A stretch of 64,000 nucleotides of DNA from Bacillota bacterium (lineage in GTDB: Bacteria > Bacillota > Sulfobacillia > Sulfobacillales > Sulfobacillaceae). Below are positions 1 through 10,219 of the stretch, one piece after another; the stretch's first letter is position 1, and each line of letters begins with the position of its first letter. The stretch is taken from the NCBI GenBank assembly GCA_021799435.1, contig JAJZAN010000003.1, forward strand, positions 15,253 to 79,252. Reading direction: 5' to 3'. A program made the translations under genes and the position numbers. The notes under the pieces are model-generated. The model was not told where the DNA came from. It saw only the letters and a list, made by a program, of their open reading frames with translations, and ran no database searches.

Positions 1-955
1 CCGGGACACCCAGCGATGCGAGCATCTCGAGTGCCCGTGCCTCGTGGTCCGGCGCTACGACGACCGTAAAGCCGATGCCGCAATTGAAGGTGCGCAGCAT
101 CTCCGCCTGGTCAACCGCTCCCCACTCTTGAATGAGCCGGATTTCCTCCGGCCAAGTCCATGCAGCGGCGTTAAGGCGCGCTCCGAGACCGCCTAAGGTG
201 CGGGGAAGGTTTTCCAGGATGCCGCCACCCGTAATGTGGGCCATGGCGCGCACCTCCACCGTATCCCAGAGCCGCATCACGGGGTTCACATAGATGCGGG
301 TCGGCCGCAACAGGACCGCTCCCAGGGTTTCCCCCTCGAGTTGCGGCGGCGTTGCGGTCCATGATTCGCCGCGTGCCTTGACAATGGTGCGAATCAGTTG
401 ATAGCCATTGGCATGAAAACCCGCGCTGGCCAGGCCCAGCACGACGTCCCCAGACTGGGGTGCGCTGGCACGGTGTCGACGACGTCCCACCGCAAACCCG
501 GATAGATCGAATTCATCAGATCCATACAGATCCGGCATCTCCGACGTTTCGCCCCCTAACAGCGCACATCCGGCTTCCCGGCAGCCGGCCGCCACGCCTC
601 CCACCAGACGCCGGACCCGTTCGGGATCCAAGTATCCCATCGCGATGTAATCGAGGAAAAACAGCGGTTCGCCTCCCGAGGCCAGAATATCGTTGACGTT
701 CATAGCCACCAAGTCGACGCCAATGGTGTCCAACTGGTCAAGTTCCTTGGCCAGCAAAAGTTTGGACCCCACCCCGTCAGCGCCGGCCAACAATTCGGCG
801 TCGTCCACGCGAAATCCGCCGGCAAACCCGCCAATGTCGGCCACCACTTCGGGACGCCGAGTGCTCAGAGCCAGCGGCTTAATCCATTCCACCGCTTGAT
901 TGCCGCGGTCGACACTAACCCCGGCCGCTTCGTAGGTGTGCTTCTTCTCAGACAT
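1..955 (-). CDS. purM: phosphoribosylformylglycinamidine cyclo-ligase (AIR synthetase); C-terminal end cut by window edge
   Basis: Not in the ORF track because it runs off the window. My translation from ATG at 955 (minus strand) reads MSEKKHTYEAAGVSVDRGNQAVEWIK...GADGVGSKLLLAKEL...GGETSEMPDLY...HITGGGILENLPR. It overlaps the purF stop by 8 nt and follows purF as in Bacillus pur operons. Confidence 0.9.
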   Translation of the reverse strand, partial: MSEKKHTYEAAGVSVDRGNQAVEWIKPLALSTRRPEVVADIGGFAGGFRVDDAELLAGADGVGSKLLLAKELDQLDTIGVDLVAMNVNDILASGGEPLFFLDYIAMGYLDPERVRRLVGGVAAGCREAGCALLGGETSEMPDLYGSDEFDLSGFAVGRRRHRASAPQSGDVVLGLASAGFHANGYQLIRTIVKARGESWTATPPQLEGETLGAVLLRPTRIYVNPVMRLWDTVEVRAMAHITGGGILENLPRTLGGLGARLNAAAWTWPEEIRLIQEWGAVDQAEMLRTFNCGIGFTVVVAPDHEARALEMLASLGVP

Positions 956-2321
956 GAGCCTCCTCCTCGATCGGAACAGGGTATCCCTTGCCGAAACAGG
1001 CCATGCACAACTGATTGTTACCCATGGCCTGCACCAAGCCTTCTGGCGACAGAAATTCCAGCGAGTCCGCTCCCACCATGTCGGCCAGTTCCTTGACGGT
1101 GAGATTGCGGGCAGCTAGTTCACCTGCACGCGAGGTGTCGATACCATAGTGGCATGGCTCGAGATACGGCGGCGAGGCGATCCGCATGTGCACTTCCTTG
1201 GCTCCTGCTCGTCGAAGAAGGCGAATGATATGGCGGGAGGTGGTTCCCCGCACCAAACTGTCGTCAATTAGCACCACCCGTCGCCCCTCTACCACTTCCC
1301 GAACCGCCGACAGTTTCAATTGCACGCCCTGCGCGCGCATTTCCGCTTTAGGGGCGATAAAGGTCCGGGCGATGTAACGGTTCTTGACCAGACCAAAGTC
1401 GAAGGGGATGCCCGAAGCCTCAGCATAACCCATCGCCGCCGGCAGGCTGGAGTCGGGCACCCCCACAACCACGTCGGCTGGGGCCGGAGCCTCTTCAGCC
1501 AGTCGCTTCCCCAACAAACGCCGCTTTAAATGCATGCTTTGACCCTCGATCTGGGAATCCGGACGCGAAAAGTAAATCACCTCGAACGCGCAGGCTTGGG
1601 TCCCCGCCGATTCGGAAAATGTATGGCTCTCCATGCCTCGGTCCGTAATACGGACCAGTTCGCCGGGGCGCACATCGCGAAGCCAGACCGCTTCCACCAT
1701 ATCCAAGGCACACGTCTCGGACGCCAGAACCCAAGCTCCCTCAGGGGTGAGGCCCATTACCATGGGACGAATGCCATGGGGATCGCGCAGGCCGTACAAT
1801 CCATCGGGGGTCAATAAGACAAAGGCAAAACCGCCCTTTAATTGCCTTCCCGCGTCTATGAGAGCGTCCAAAAAGGATGACTGGCTGCTGCGGGCCAACA
1901 AATGGGCCAGCACCTCGCTGTCGCTAGTCCCTTGAAAAATGGCGCCCTCTGTCTCCAATTCACGGCGGAGCCGATCATGATTGACTAAGTTGCCGTTATG
2001 CGCGAGAGCCAAGGGGCCAAAACGGGTGTGCATCAAGAGGGGCTGAGCATTGACTTCTGCCGATTCCCCCGTGGTGGAATATCGGACGTGGCCAATGGCG
2101 GCGGCGCCCGCTTGGTCTGCCAGACGGCTTAACTGGACTGCATCTTGCAGAAGACCCATTCCCTTTTCGACCGTCAATCGGCCATTGGACATCACGGCGA
2201 TACCACCGCTCTCCTGGCCGCGATGCTGCAGGCTGAACGTGCCCCAATACGCTTTTCTAGCGGCAGCACTGTCTCCCCAAATCCCGAACACACCGCACTC
2301 TTCGTGCAGTTCTCCCATCAT
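948..2321 (-). CDS. purF: amidophosphoribosyltransferase
   Basis: N-terminal ECGVFGIWG (Ntn cysteine) and PRPP-binding VVLIDDSLVRGTTS. Located between purL and purM. Confidence 0.95.
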   Translation of the reverse strand: MMGELHEECGVFGIWGDSAAARKAYWGTFSLQHRGQESGGIAVMSNGRLTVEKGMGLLQDAVQLSRLADQAGAAAIGHVRYSTTGESAEVNAQPLLMHTRFGPLALAHNGNLVNHDRLRRELETEGAIFQGTSDSEVLAHLLARSSQSSFLDALIDAGRQLKGGFAFVLLTPDGLYGLRDPHGIRPMVMGLTPEGAWVLASETCALDMVEAVWLRDVRPGELVRITDRGMESHTFSESAGTQACAFEVIYFSRPDSQIEGQSMHLKRRLLGKRLAEEAPAPADVVVGVPDSSLPAAMGYAEASGIPFDFGLVKNRYIARTFIAPKAEMRAQGVQLKLSAVREVVEGRRVVLIDDSLVRGTTSRHIIRLLRRAGAKEVHMRIASPPYLEPCHYGIDTSRAGELAARNLTVKELADMVGADSLEFLSPEGLVQAMGNNQLCMACFGKGYPVPIEEEAHV

Positions 2322-4504
2322 GACGGTTCCTCCTCATACGGATGCCGCCAAGCCTGAAGCAAATCAATCCTTGCCCAGCGGTACCGTTCGTCAATCTGCA
2401 ATAGGGCCTCGTCGGTTACTGTGCCCAGGGGCAGCACGGGGACACCGCGTTCGCCGAAGTGCGACTCCAGGGCTTCGCGATGATGTGGCTCAACGACAGC
2501 CACCCACTGAACAGGAGATTCGTTAAACAGCCTCAACGTCTTTTCCTCGGGCCGGGTTTCGCCAAGACGGATGTCTGCCCCCACGGCGGGGTTGCCCGAC
2601 GCCATCATCCGGACCAAGGTCGCACCCAACCCACCGGCAGCCACTGCGCGAAGAGCCATCGCCTGATCCTGCCGTGCCCAATGGGCCACTGCTGTCATAG
2701 CACGTACAGCGCCAGCTAAATCGGGCCGCAGCATCGCTCCCGGCTCCCCATCCTGCATGATTTGAGCCGCTGATCCGCCCCAATCCAAAGGACTGGGATT
2801 GATGAGATAGAGATGCTGTCCAGACTGCGTCCATGTCTCGGCCAGGGGATGCTCCGGATTGACGAGACGCCCCACCGCTCCAATCATGACCGTGGGCCAA
2901 ATCGCCCGCCCATCGGTCTCATTGTGCAGGGAGACGTTTCCGCCTGTCACCGGAACTTGGGCAGCTTCGGCAGCATCGGCGATCCCCCGGATTAAAGCAG
3001 CCATAGCCCCATAGCTGTCAGCCTTATCCGGATTCCCCGCATTGATTCCGTCTGTCATGCCCAGAGGCTCGGCGCCCACGGCGGCCAGGCGGGTCAGTGC
3101 AGCCAGTACCGCCCCCTGGCCGCCGGCATATGCATCGACGGCAGCCCAACGGGCTGGACCAGATACGGCCAAAGCAATTCCGGCGCGACTGCCTCGAACA
3201 CGCAATACCGCCGTCTCGCCCTCGGGTCCACGGACCGTATTCGTCTGAATCATCGAGTCATACTGGCGGTAGATCGGTTTCCTATCCCTCACATCCGAAT
3301 TGCCCAGCACCTTTAATAAGAGCGCCACACTTAGCTTAGGAGCGGCTGCCGGCACTTCGGGTTCCTGCACAGGCGCGCCGAAGCTCATCCACAATGCGTC
3401 GTCCACGGGACGCTGCGGCGCCTCACCCACCAGCCATTGAGCATCGAGGTGAGCGACCACCTCCGCATGATGACGGATGGTCAATTCGGATCCCGGCACC
3501 ACCCGGCCGATAACAGAGCACAGCAGCTCATGCTGATCGGCCAGCTGGGTCAAATCGGAAAGCCGGCTCTCTTCCACCGCCAGCAGCATGCGTTCCTGCG
3601 TCTCGGACAGCATGATGTCATAGGAACTCAAACCCGGTTCTCGGAGCGGAACGCGATCTAGTTCCAGCTCGGCTCCCACCTCCGAACTGTAGCAAAGCTC
3701 TGCCACAGCCGAGGTGAGACCCGCTGCCCCCAAATCTTGCAAGGCTCCCAGTAGTCCCCCGTGAACCGCAGCCAGGGTGACTTCCATGAGCAACTTGCCC
3801 AGAAACGGATCGCCTACTTGAACCGTGGGCCGCAGATCCTCGGATCCGGCCTCAAAATCCCGGGAGGCGAGAAGGCTGGCCCCATGAATACCGTCACGCC
3901 CTGTGCGCTGGCCCAAGAGGACCAGCAACTGTCCAGGCCGGGCTGAGGCCGCGCCGATGGCGTGCTCTCGGCGGCGAATGCCAAGGGCCAGCACGTTGAC
4001 CAACGGATTTTTCGCGTAACCGTCGGCAAATGCCACATCTCCAGTGACCGTGGGAATACCGATGGCATTGCCATACTGCCCAACCCCGCTCACGACTCCT
4101 TCGAGCAGTTTGACACTGTGTCCATCCCGGCCAAACCGCAACATATCGGCGACCGCCATGGGCCGTGCCCCCATGGCAATGATGTCGCGCAAAATGCCCC
4201 CAACTCCGGTCGCTGCTCCTTGTACGGGCTCCACATAGGAGGGGTGGTTGTGACTCTCCACCTTAAAAGCCAACTCATACTGGTCGTCCAGGGCCACGAC
4301 ACCGGCATTGGCTCCCGGCCCTTGAACCACGTGAGGTCCTCGGTTTGGGAGACGCTTCAGCAAGCCTTTCGAGTTCTTATAGCTGCAGTGTTCCGACCAT
4401 AACGCTCCAAAGAGACCCAGTTCGACGTCGTTGGGCTCCCGTCCCATAAGCTTTACAATCCGGTCATACTCGGCCGTGGTCAGTCCGACATCTTCAGCGT
4501 GCAT
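2318..4504 (-). CDS. purL: phosphoribosylformylglycinamidine synthase subunit PurL (FGAM synthase II)
   Basis: Motifs LFGALWSEHCSYKNSK and VESHNHPSYVEP. I prefer the internal ATG at 4504 (MHAEDVGLTTAEY), which overlaps the purQ stop by 11 nt. The ORF-track start at 4561 would run 68 nt into purQ. Confidence 0.93.
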   Translation of the reverse strand: MHAEDVGLTTAEYDRIVKLMGREPNDVELGLFGALWSEHCSYKNSKGLLKRLPNRGPHVVQGPGANAGVVALDDQYELAFKVESHNHPSYVEPVQGAATGVGGILRDIIAMGARPMAVADMLRFGRDGHSVKLLEGVVSGVGQYGNAIGIPTVTGDVAFADGYAKNPLVNVLALGIRRREHAIGAASARPGQLLVLLGQRTGRDGIHGASLLASRDFEAGSEDLRPTVQVGDPFLGKLLMEVTLAAVHGGLLGALQDLGAAGLTSAVAELCYSSEVGAELELDRVPLREPGLSSYDIMLSETQERMLLAVEESRLSDLTQLADQHELLCSVIGRVVPGSELTIRHHAEVVAHLDAQWLVGEAPQRPVDDALWMSFGAPVQEPEVPAAAPKLSVALLLKVLGNSDVRDRKPIYRQYDSMIQTNTVRGPEGETAVLRVRGSRAGIALAVSGPARWAAVDAYAGGQGAVLAALTRLAAVGAEPLGMTDGINAGNPDKADSYGAMAALIRGIADAAEAAQVPVTGGNVSLHNETDGRAIWPTVMIGAVGRLVNPEHPLAETWTQSGQHLYLINPSPLDWGGSAAQIMQDGEPGAMLRPDLAGAVRAMTAVAHWARQDQAMALRAVAAGGLGATLVRMMASGNPAVGADIRLGETRPEEKTLRLFNESPVQWVAVVEPHHREALESHFGERGVPVLPLGTVTDEALLQIDERYRWARIDLLQAWRHPYEEEPS

Positions 4505-5201
4505 GAATCGCCTCCTGACTGACGCCCTTAACCCAGGCGCCGAGCAGCCGCCGTCCATCATCCGATCCCAAATATGACGCCATAGCCCGCTCTGGATGGG
4601 GCATCAATGCGGCTACCGAACCGCGCTGCACGCCGGCCAGATTGGCGATGGAACCATTGGGGTTAATCGAGGGGGACAGTCGTCCGGCATCATCCACATA
4701 CTGCAACCAGGCCTCACCGCTCTGAAACAATGCTCCCAACTGGCCCGAGGGCACATAATAGGACCCCTCGGCGTGCGCGATAGGGAGCCGCAACCGCATG
4801 CCCACCGTCAATCCCGGAAACCAAGGAGATTGCTCGACCACCCGCACCGTGTCCCATTCACATCGGAACTGTCCATGCCGATTGGGCCGCAGGGCCCCGG
4901 GCAGTAAGCCCGCTTCCGTTAAAATTTGAAATCCGTTGCAGATGCCCAAAACCGGCAGGCTTCGCGTCTGCACGGCCGCCCGGAGAGCCCCTAGAACAGG
5001 GGCTTTGGCCGCCAATGCACCGCTGCGAAGATAGTCGCCATAGGAAAATCCCCCCGGCAGGACAACGCCATCCCAATGATCCAAATCCTCCGTGCGATAC
5101 CAGATCGGCGCCGTCTCGGCACCCAGCTCGTCCAGGGCCCAAAGTGTATCGTGATCGCAGTTCGATCCCGGGAAGGTTACGACCCCAATGCGTACGCTCA
5201 T
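4494..5201 (-). CDS. purQ: phosphoribosylformylglycinamidine synthase subunit PurQ (glutaminase)
   Basis: Class-I amidotransferase: GICNGFQIL nucleophile elbow and C-terminal MPHPER. 4-nt overlap with purS. Confidence 0.93.
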   Translation of the reverse strand: MSVRIGVVTFPGSNCDHDTLWALDELGAETAPIWYRTEDLDHWDGVVLPGGFSYGDYLRSGALAAKAPVLGALRAAVQTRSLPVLGICNGFQILTEAGLLPGALRPNRHGQFRCEWDTVRVVEQSPWFPGLTVGMRLRLPIAHAEGSYYVPSGQLGALFQSGEAWLQYVDDAGRLSPSINPNGSIANLAGVQRGSVAALMPHPERAMASYLGSDDGRRLLGAWVKGVSQEAIHAR

Positions 5202-5452
5202 TGCTCGACCCGCACCCGCACCCGCGCCAGTTCCATGACCGGATTGGCCAATACCTCATCGGCCATCCGCTGAACCAAGCGAGCCGCCTCTCCCGCGTCG
5301 GGCGCATCCACTGTCAGCTGGATATGCCGGCCGATGCGAATGTCACCGATAGGAAACTCCATGTGTTGCAGCACGCCCTTGACGGCCTCACCGGCCGGAT
5401 CCAAAATCTCCGGCTTCAGGATTACCGTGACTACCGCGTGGAACTCAGGCAT
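5198..5452 (-). CDS. purS: phosphoribosylformylglycinamidine synthase subunit PurS
   Basis: 84-aa protein sitting between purC and purQ and overlapping both, which is the typical PurS position and size. Confidence 0.85.
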   Translation of the reverse strand: MPEFHAVVTVILKPEILDPAGEAVKGVLQHMEFPIGDIRIGRHIQLTVDAPDAGEAARLVQRMADEVLANPVMELARVRVRVEQ

Positions 5453-6149
5453 TCTCCATCACCCTCCTGAGGATTTCCTGATAGGCATCCTCCACGCGCC
5501 CTAAGTCACGGCGAAACCGATCCTTGTCCAACCGCTCGCCGCTGGTTTGATCCCAAATGCGGCAGGTGTCCGGGGAAATCTCGTCCCCCAGCTTCAAGAG
5601 TCCAGCATCGTTCCAGCCAAATTCCAGCTTGAAATCCACCAGCACCAAGTCGCGTTGCAAGAAAAACGGCTTCAGAACCTGATTCACGCGCAGCGCTTCC
5701 TGCCGAAGACGGGCGACCAAGTCCGAACTGGCCAGGCCCAAGAGGCGGATATGGTCCTCGTTCAGCAAAGGATCCCCGAGCGCGTCATTCTTGTAATAGA
5801 GCTCAAGTACCGGATCGTCCATAGGGGTGCCTTCAGGAATTCCTGTGCGCTGGTTGAGCGAGCCAGCCACCCAGTTGCGCACCACTACTTCCAGGGCAAT
5901 CATGTTGAGGCGTTCCACCAAAAGGTTCCGATCATCCAATTGCTCCACAAAGTGGGTTTCCACGCCGTGGTCTTTGAGCCACTGGAACAAGCGAGCCGAT
6001 ACGGCGGCATTCACCACGCCCTTATTCTGAATCTGGGCCCTCTTTTGACCGTTAAACGCGGTGGCCGCATCCGTGAACTCGACGCGCACCTCCTCTTGGC
6101 GGTCGGTGCTGTAAACCCGCTTAGCCTTGCCTTCATACAGTAACGGCAT
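5445..6149 (-). CDS. purC: phosphoribosylaminoimidazole-succinocarboxamide (SAICAR) synthase
   Basis: N-terminal LLYEGKAKRVY and LIALEVVVRN-type core. Operon context. Confidence 0.93.
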   Translation of the reverse strand: MPLLYEGKAKRVYSTDRQEEVRVEFTDAATAFNGQKRAQIQNKGVVNAAVSARLFQWLKDHGVETHFVEQLDDRNLLVERLNMIALEVVVRNWVAGSLNQRTGIPEGTPMDDPVLELYYKNDALGDPLLNEDHIRLLGLASSDLVARLRQEALRVNQVLKPFFLQRDLVLVDFKLEFGWNDAGLLKLGDEISPDTCRIWDQTSGERLDKDRFRRDLGRVEDAYQEILRRVMENA

Positions 6150-6151
6150 GC

Positions 6152-7465
6152 CTACACCCCTTCTTCGAGAAGTCCGATGCGTCGATACAGGTCATCAACC
6201 TCGGCTAGGTACGGACGATAATCAAACAGCGTGTCAAAAACGTCAGACGGAATGGCGGCTTTGACCTCGGGATCAGACTGGAGACGCTCCCGAAAGCTCA
6301 GAGACCGGTCTTTGGTGGCGGCCAGCGCGTGCTTTTGCACCACGTCATAGGCGTGGTCGCGGCTGAGCCCCCCATCCACCAACGCCAACAGCACCTTGCC
6401 GGAATATACCAGCCCCCCGCTCAAATTGAGGTTGTCCAACATGCGATCGGCGCGAACCGTAATCCCTTCCACAATCCGGGTCATCTGAGTGAGGAGGTAG
6501 TCCGCCAAGATGGTCACATCCGGCAGCATGACGCGCTCTACGCTGGAATGGGAAATGTCTCGTTCATACCAGAGAGGGATATCCTCCAAGGCGGGCACAA
6601 CATAGCCTCTGAGAATCCGAGCCAGGCCGGAGACTTGCTCGCACTTGATGGGATTCTTCTTGTGCGGCATGGCTGAAGAACCGCGCTGGCCCTGAGCAAA
6701 CGGCTCCTCCAGCTCACCAATCTCGGTTCTCTGGGAATGCCGAATCTCCGTGGCCATCTTGTCTAGGGTGCTGCCCAAGATGGCTAGACTGCAGATCACC
6801 TCCGCGTGCCGGTCCCGCTGCAAGACTTGGGTGGAGAGCAGGGCAGGCTTGAGACCGAGGCGGTCCCCCACGTATGCCTCAATGGCGGGCGGCAGATTCG
6901 CATAGTTGCCAACCGCGCCCGAAAGCTTCATGACCGCCATGTTTTCGCGGGCACGCCGTACCCGCTCCTCATCGCGGCCCAATTCCAACCACCACAGCGC
7001 CCACTTGAGTCCGTGGCTCGTGGGCTCGGCATGCATGCCATGGGTCCGGCCGATGACCGGGACTCGACGATTTTCGAGCGCCCGATCCTTGACCGCTCGC
7101 CGAAGCGCGGTCAGATCATCCAAGATGGTGTCCAATGCCTCTGTTAACAACGACGCCAAGGCCGTGTCAACGACGTCGGTGGACGTCAGCCCAAAGTGGA
7201 TATACTTGGCATCGTCGGCATCTACCGTCTCGCTGCAAGCACTAATGAATGCCAACATGTCGTGATGATAGCGAGCTTCGTATTCGTCCACCCGAGCGGC
7301 TTTAACCTGCGCTTGGCGACGGATCCTCTCGCTCACGCCCTCTGGAATATGCCCGAGCTTCTCCCACGCTTCGGCCGCATAAATTTCGACATCGAGCCAT
7401 CGTTCATAGCGGGTTTGATCGGACCAAAGCTGCTGCATTACTGTGCGCGAATACCGCTCAATCAT
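6152..7465 (-). CDS. purB: adenylosuccinate lyase
   Basis: Fumarate-lyase signature GSSAMPHKKNP. First gene of the pur block, with a GGAGGA RBS upstream of ATG 7465. Confidence 0.95.
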   Translation of the reverse strand: MIERYSRTVMQQLWSDQTRYERWLDVEIYAAEAWEKLGHIPEGVSERIRRQAQVKAARVDEYEARYHHDMLAFISACSETVDADDAKYIHFGLTSTDVVDTALASLLTEALDTILDDLTALRRAVKDRALENRRVPVIGRTHGMHAEPTSHGLKWALWWLELGRDEERVRRARENMAVMKLSGAVGNYANLPPAIEAYVGDRLGLKPALLSTQVLQRDRHAEVICSLAILGSTLDKMATEIRHSQRTEIGELEEPFAQGQRGSSAMPHKKNPIKCEQVSGLARILRGYVVPALEDIPLWYERDISHSSVERVMLPDVTILADYLLTQMTRIVEGITVRADRMLDNLNLSGGLVYSGKVLLALVDGGLSRDHAYDVVQKHALAATKDRSLSFRERLQSDPEVKAAIPSDVFDTLFDYRPYLAEVDDLYRRIGLLEEGV

Positions 7466-7480
7466 GGCGTTCCTCCCGAC

Positions 7481-7524
7481 TTATCCGAACATTACACTTG
7501 AATTTTAACGCAATTGTTCGTTCG
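7481..7524 (-). promoter_or_regulatory. inverted CGAAC / GTTCG pair resembling Bacillus PurR PurBoxes
   Basis: Minus strand reads gcgaaCGAACaatt-N-aatGTTCGgataa. The proximal half (plus strand TTATCCGAACATT, 7481-7493) matches the B. subtilis PurBox consensus AWWWCCGAACWWT (from memory) at 12 of 13 positions. The distal half (7512-7524) is weaker. The pair straddles the putative promoter and transcription start. Confidence 0.3.
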
Positions 7525-7531
7525 CGGCCAA
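7502..7531 (-). promoter_or_regulatory. candidate sigmaA-type promoter of the purB operon
   Basis: Minus strand TTGGCC-N18-TAAAAT, about 37 nt upstream of the purB ATG. Confidence 0.35.
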
Positions 7532-7613
7532 CCCGTACCTGAAATAAATTATCGCCGCAATAGGCGAGCCTCATGCCCCACCCACGAGATTCATTCCCTT
7601 AGGCTGGGAACGG

Positions 7614-7641
7614 ACAAAAAAAGACGGCGCCCCAGGCGCCG
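7614..7641 (-). terminator. rho-independent terminator after guaA
   Basis: Minus strand has a 7-bp GC stem (cGGCGCC tgg GGCGCCg) followed by TCTTTTTTTG, 20 nt after the guaA stop. Confidence 0.85.
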
Positions 7642-7662
7642 CCTGCCACATCCGACCGTTCG

Positions 7663-9183
7663 TTATTCCCACTCAATGGTGCCGGGAGGTTTGGAGGTGA
7701 TATCGTACACCACCCGATTCACATCCTGCACTTCGCTCACAATACGGCCCGCCATTCGATCCAGGAGCTCATAGGGAAGGCGGACCCAGTCGGCCGTCAT
7801 TCCGTCCATGCTCTCCACCGCGCGAATGACAATAGGATACCCGTAGGTGCGGGCGTCTCCCATGACCCCCACTGAACGAATGTCCAACAGGACCGCAAAA
7901 GCCTGCCAGATTGAACGTTCCAGCCCCGCACGCTGAATTTCCTGCCGAACCACCAAATCCGCCTGGCGCAAAGTCTCCACCTTCTGCGGAGTGACCTCAC
8001 CGATAATCCGCACGGCCAGTCCCGGTCCCGGAAAGGGCTGGCGCCACACCAACTCGCCCGGCAGTCCCAAGGCTTCACCCACTCGGCGCACTTCATCCTT
8101 GAACAGCCACCGCAGGGGCTCAACAACCCGAAAGGCGATATCCTCCGGCAATCCTCCCACGTTGTGGTGGGACTTAATGGTCTGGGCCCCCTTGCCGCCC
8201 GATTCAATCACATCCGGATACACCGTGCCCTGAATCAAGACTTCCCGCGGCCCAATCTCATCCTGCATGCGCTCAAAGGCCCGAATGAACTCACGGCCAA
8301 TAATCTTGCGCTTCCGTTCCGGATCGGTCACACCGTGCAGCGCTTGGAAAAACGTCTCTCGGGCATTCATGACCCGAAAGTCGATGTCGGGAAACGCCGC
8401 ACGTACTTCCTCCACTTCCCCCGCCCTTAGCAAGCCGTGGTCAATCAGCACGGCCGTCAGCCGATCGCCAATGGCTTCCCGGGCGATGGCGGCCGCCACC
8501 GCCGAGTCCACGCCGCCGGACAAGGCGACCAACGCGCGGCCGTCCCCGACTTCTCTCCGGACTTGCTCGACAGCACTGACACGAAAGTTGTCCGGCTTCC
8601 AATCCGGCGCCAATCCGGCAATCCGGTACAGGAAGTTCCGGAAAATCTCCATACCCTCCGGCGTATGGTGCACTTCGGGATGATACTGAACGGCCCAGAG
8701 GTTTTTCTCAGGGTTTCCCATGGCCGCAATGGGAGTGTTGGAAGTCTCCGCCAAGACGTGAAATCCGGGCGGCGGTGCAGTCACGTGATCGCCGTGGCTC
8801 ATCCACACGGTCGACCGCTCGCTAATCCCCTCTAGAAGAGGCGACTCTTCCTTGCGCACCATTTCGGTTCGCCCATATTCCCGGCCTCGAGCCGGTTCCA
8901 CGCGCCCATCCAGCAACTTGGCCATCAACTGCATCCCGTAGCAAATTCCCAGCACCGGAACGTCCAATTTGAAAATATCTGGATCCATCGTGGGGGCCCC
9001 TGGCTCGAAGACGCTGGATGGTCCGCCCGACAGCACCACAGCCTTGGGGGCTCGTTCGCGAATGCGGATGGCCGGCGTATCTCCGGGCAGGACCTCGCAG
9101 AACACCTCGGCCTCTCGGATGCGGCGGGCAATCAACTGATTATACTGAGCCCCAAAGTCCAGGACAATCACCAGGTTTGCCAT
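7663..9183 (-). CDS. guaA: glutamine-hydrolysing GMP synthase
   Basis: GATase [12 protein letters not shown]-pyrophosphatase SGGVDS, C-terminal KPPGTIEWE. Start set at ATG 9183 ([14 protein letters not shown]), giving a TGATG overlap with the hpt stop. Confidence 0.95.
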   Translation of the reverse strand: MANLVIVLDFGAQYNQLIARRIREAEVFCEVLPGDTPAIRIRERAPKAVVLSGGPSSVFEPGAPTMDPDIFKLDVPVLGICYGMQLMAKLLDGRVEPARGREYGRTEMVRKEESPLLEGISERSTVWMSHGDHVTAPPPGFHVLAETSNTPIAAMGNPEKNLWAVQYHPEVHHTPEGMEIFRNFLYRIAGLAPDWKPDNFRVSAVEQVRREVGDGRALVALSGGVDSAVAAAIAREAIGDRLTAVLIDHGLLRAGEVEEVRAAFPDIDFRVMNARETFFQALHGVTDPERKRKIIGREFIRAFERMQDEIGPREVLIQGTVYPDVIESGGKGAQTIKSHHNVGGLPEDIAFRVVEPLRWLFKDEVRRVGEALGLPGELVWRQPFPGPGLAVRIIGEVTPQKVETLRQADLVVRQEIQRAGLERSIWQAFAVLLDIRSVGVMGDARTYGYPIVIRAVESMDGMTADWVRLPYELLDRMAGRIVSEVQDVNRVVYDITSKPPGTIEWE

Positions 9184-9719
9184 CAGCTTTTCATCACCCG
9201 GCACACATCGGGAAGGTTGCGGTACCGCTCTTCCACATCCAGCCCGTACCCCACCACAAACTCATCGGGGATGTCAAATCCTTTGTAATGCACCGGAACC
9301 GCCACCTGACGCCGCGAAACCTTGTCCAACAATGCGCAAATCTTGACCGACATGGCGCCCCGGGATTTGAGATGTCCATATATATAGTTGAGGGTCAGTC
9401 CCGTGTCGACAATATCCTCAACGACCAGCACATGCTTGCCATCTAGACTGTTGTCCAAGTCTTTGACTATTCTCACCACACCCGACGACTTGGTAGACAT
9501 GCCATATGAAGAGACTGCCATAAAGTCCACCGCCAAGGGCAAATCAATAGCCCGAGCCAAATCGGCAATAAAAACAAAGGACCCTTTCAAGATCCCGATG
9601 AGAACCAAATCTTTGCCGTCATAATCGGCGCTAATCCGCTTGCCGAGCTGTTCCACGCGCGTCTTGATGTCCTGGCTGGAAACGAGAACCTCCAACCGTT
9701 CACCTGCTGCCGTCCGCAC
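9183..9719 (-). CDS. hpt: hypoxanthine phosphoribosyltransferase
   Basis: PRPP motif [14 protein letters not shown]. The GTG start directly abuts the stop of the upstream MerR gene, with a GGGAGGAG RBS 9 nt upstream. Confidence 0.9.
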   Translation of the reverse strand: MRTAAGERLEVLVSSQDIKTRVEQLGKRISADYDGKDLVLIGILKGSFVFIADLARAIDLPLAVDFMAVSSYGMSTKSSGVVRIVKDLDNSLDGKHVLVVEDIVDTGLTLNYIYGHLKSRGAMSVKICALLDKVSRRQVAVPVHYKGFDIPDEFVVGYGLDVEERYRNLPDVCRVMKS

Positions 9720-10106
9720 CTACTCGTTCTCCTCCCTCTCATGGTCACGCACCAACCGCCGAATAATAGAAGCCCGATCCTTTAAAGGATACAGGGAGGC
9801 TTGACGAGGCCTCTCCCCGTGCGCAATCCGTTTGCCTTCGAAATAACTCTCGGCGTCGCGCTCGACCTCATCGTCCGTTTGGTACAGGCGCGCCCGAACT
9901 GCCTTTAAGGACAGGCCGGAATCCAATAGTTTTTTAATTTCCTGCAGGGTCTCGACATCCCGCTGAGAATACAACCGCTGATTTCCCTCACTTCGCCGGG
10001 GAGCCAGCAGCTCCAAGCTCTCATAATAGCGAATGCGCCGTTCTGTCAGACCCGTACGCGCTTTCACCTCACCAATCGGGAATAACAAGGGCTCATTGTC
10101 CCGCAT
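9720..10106 (-). CDS. MerR-family transcriptional regulator, GlnR/TnrA-like N-terminal domain
   Basis: LFPIGEVKARTGLTERRIRYYESLELLAPRRSEGNQRLYS resembles B. subtilis GlnR (FPIGIV...RQIRYYE...RSEGNRRLFS, from memory). I prefer ATG 10106 because it has an AGAGGAG RBS 7 nt upstream. The ORF-track start is 10139. Confidence 0.75.
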   Translation of the reverse strand: MRDNEPLLFPIGEVKARTGLTERRIRYYESLELLAPRRSEGNQRLYSQRDVETLQEIKKLLDSGLSLKAVRARLYQTDDEVERDAESYFEGKRIAHGERPRQASLYPLKDRASIIRRLVRDHEREENE

Positions 10107-10181
10107 CCTCGAACTCCTCTGCACGTAGGTTTCTCCCATCTTACCGGATTTACCAATCGCACAACAAGGTCTCCATATGCG

Positions 10182-10208
10182 AGAAGCGGCCCGCAGGGGG
10201 CCGCTTCT
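10182..10208 (-). terminator. stable 10-bp hairpin without a U-tract between the 163-aa gene and the MerR gene
   Basis: AGAAGCGGCC-N7-GGCCGCTTCT. No T-run on either strand, so it may be an I-shaped terminator or a processing site. Confidence 0.35.
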
Positions 10209-10219
10209 GTGTTCGACGG

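Noticed and set aside
2318-4561. Long N-terminal extensions in ORF-track calls (purL, guaB, hbd, mpg, tsaB, nnr, acpS, DUF3501, moxR and paralog B)
   Set aside because: The extensions overlap upstream genes or promoters and lack an RBS. Internal starts with good RBSs or 1-4 nt stop/start overlaps give canonical N-termini.
7466-7662. Expected purine (guanine/adenine) riboswitch in the pur leader
   Set aside because: I read both strands and could not find the conserved junction and loop sequences of the purine riboswitch. Only a promoter-like element and PurBox-like repeats are present.
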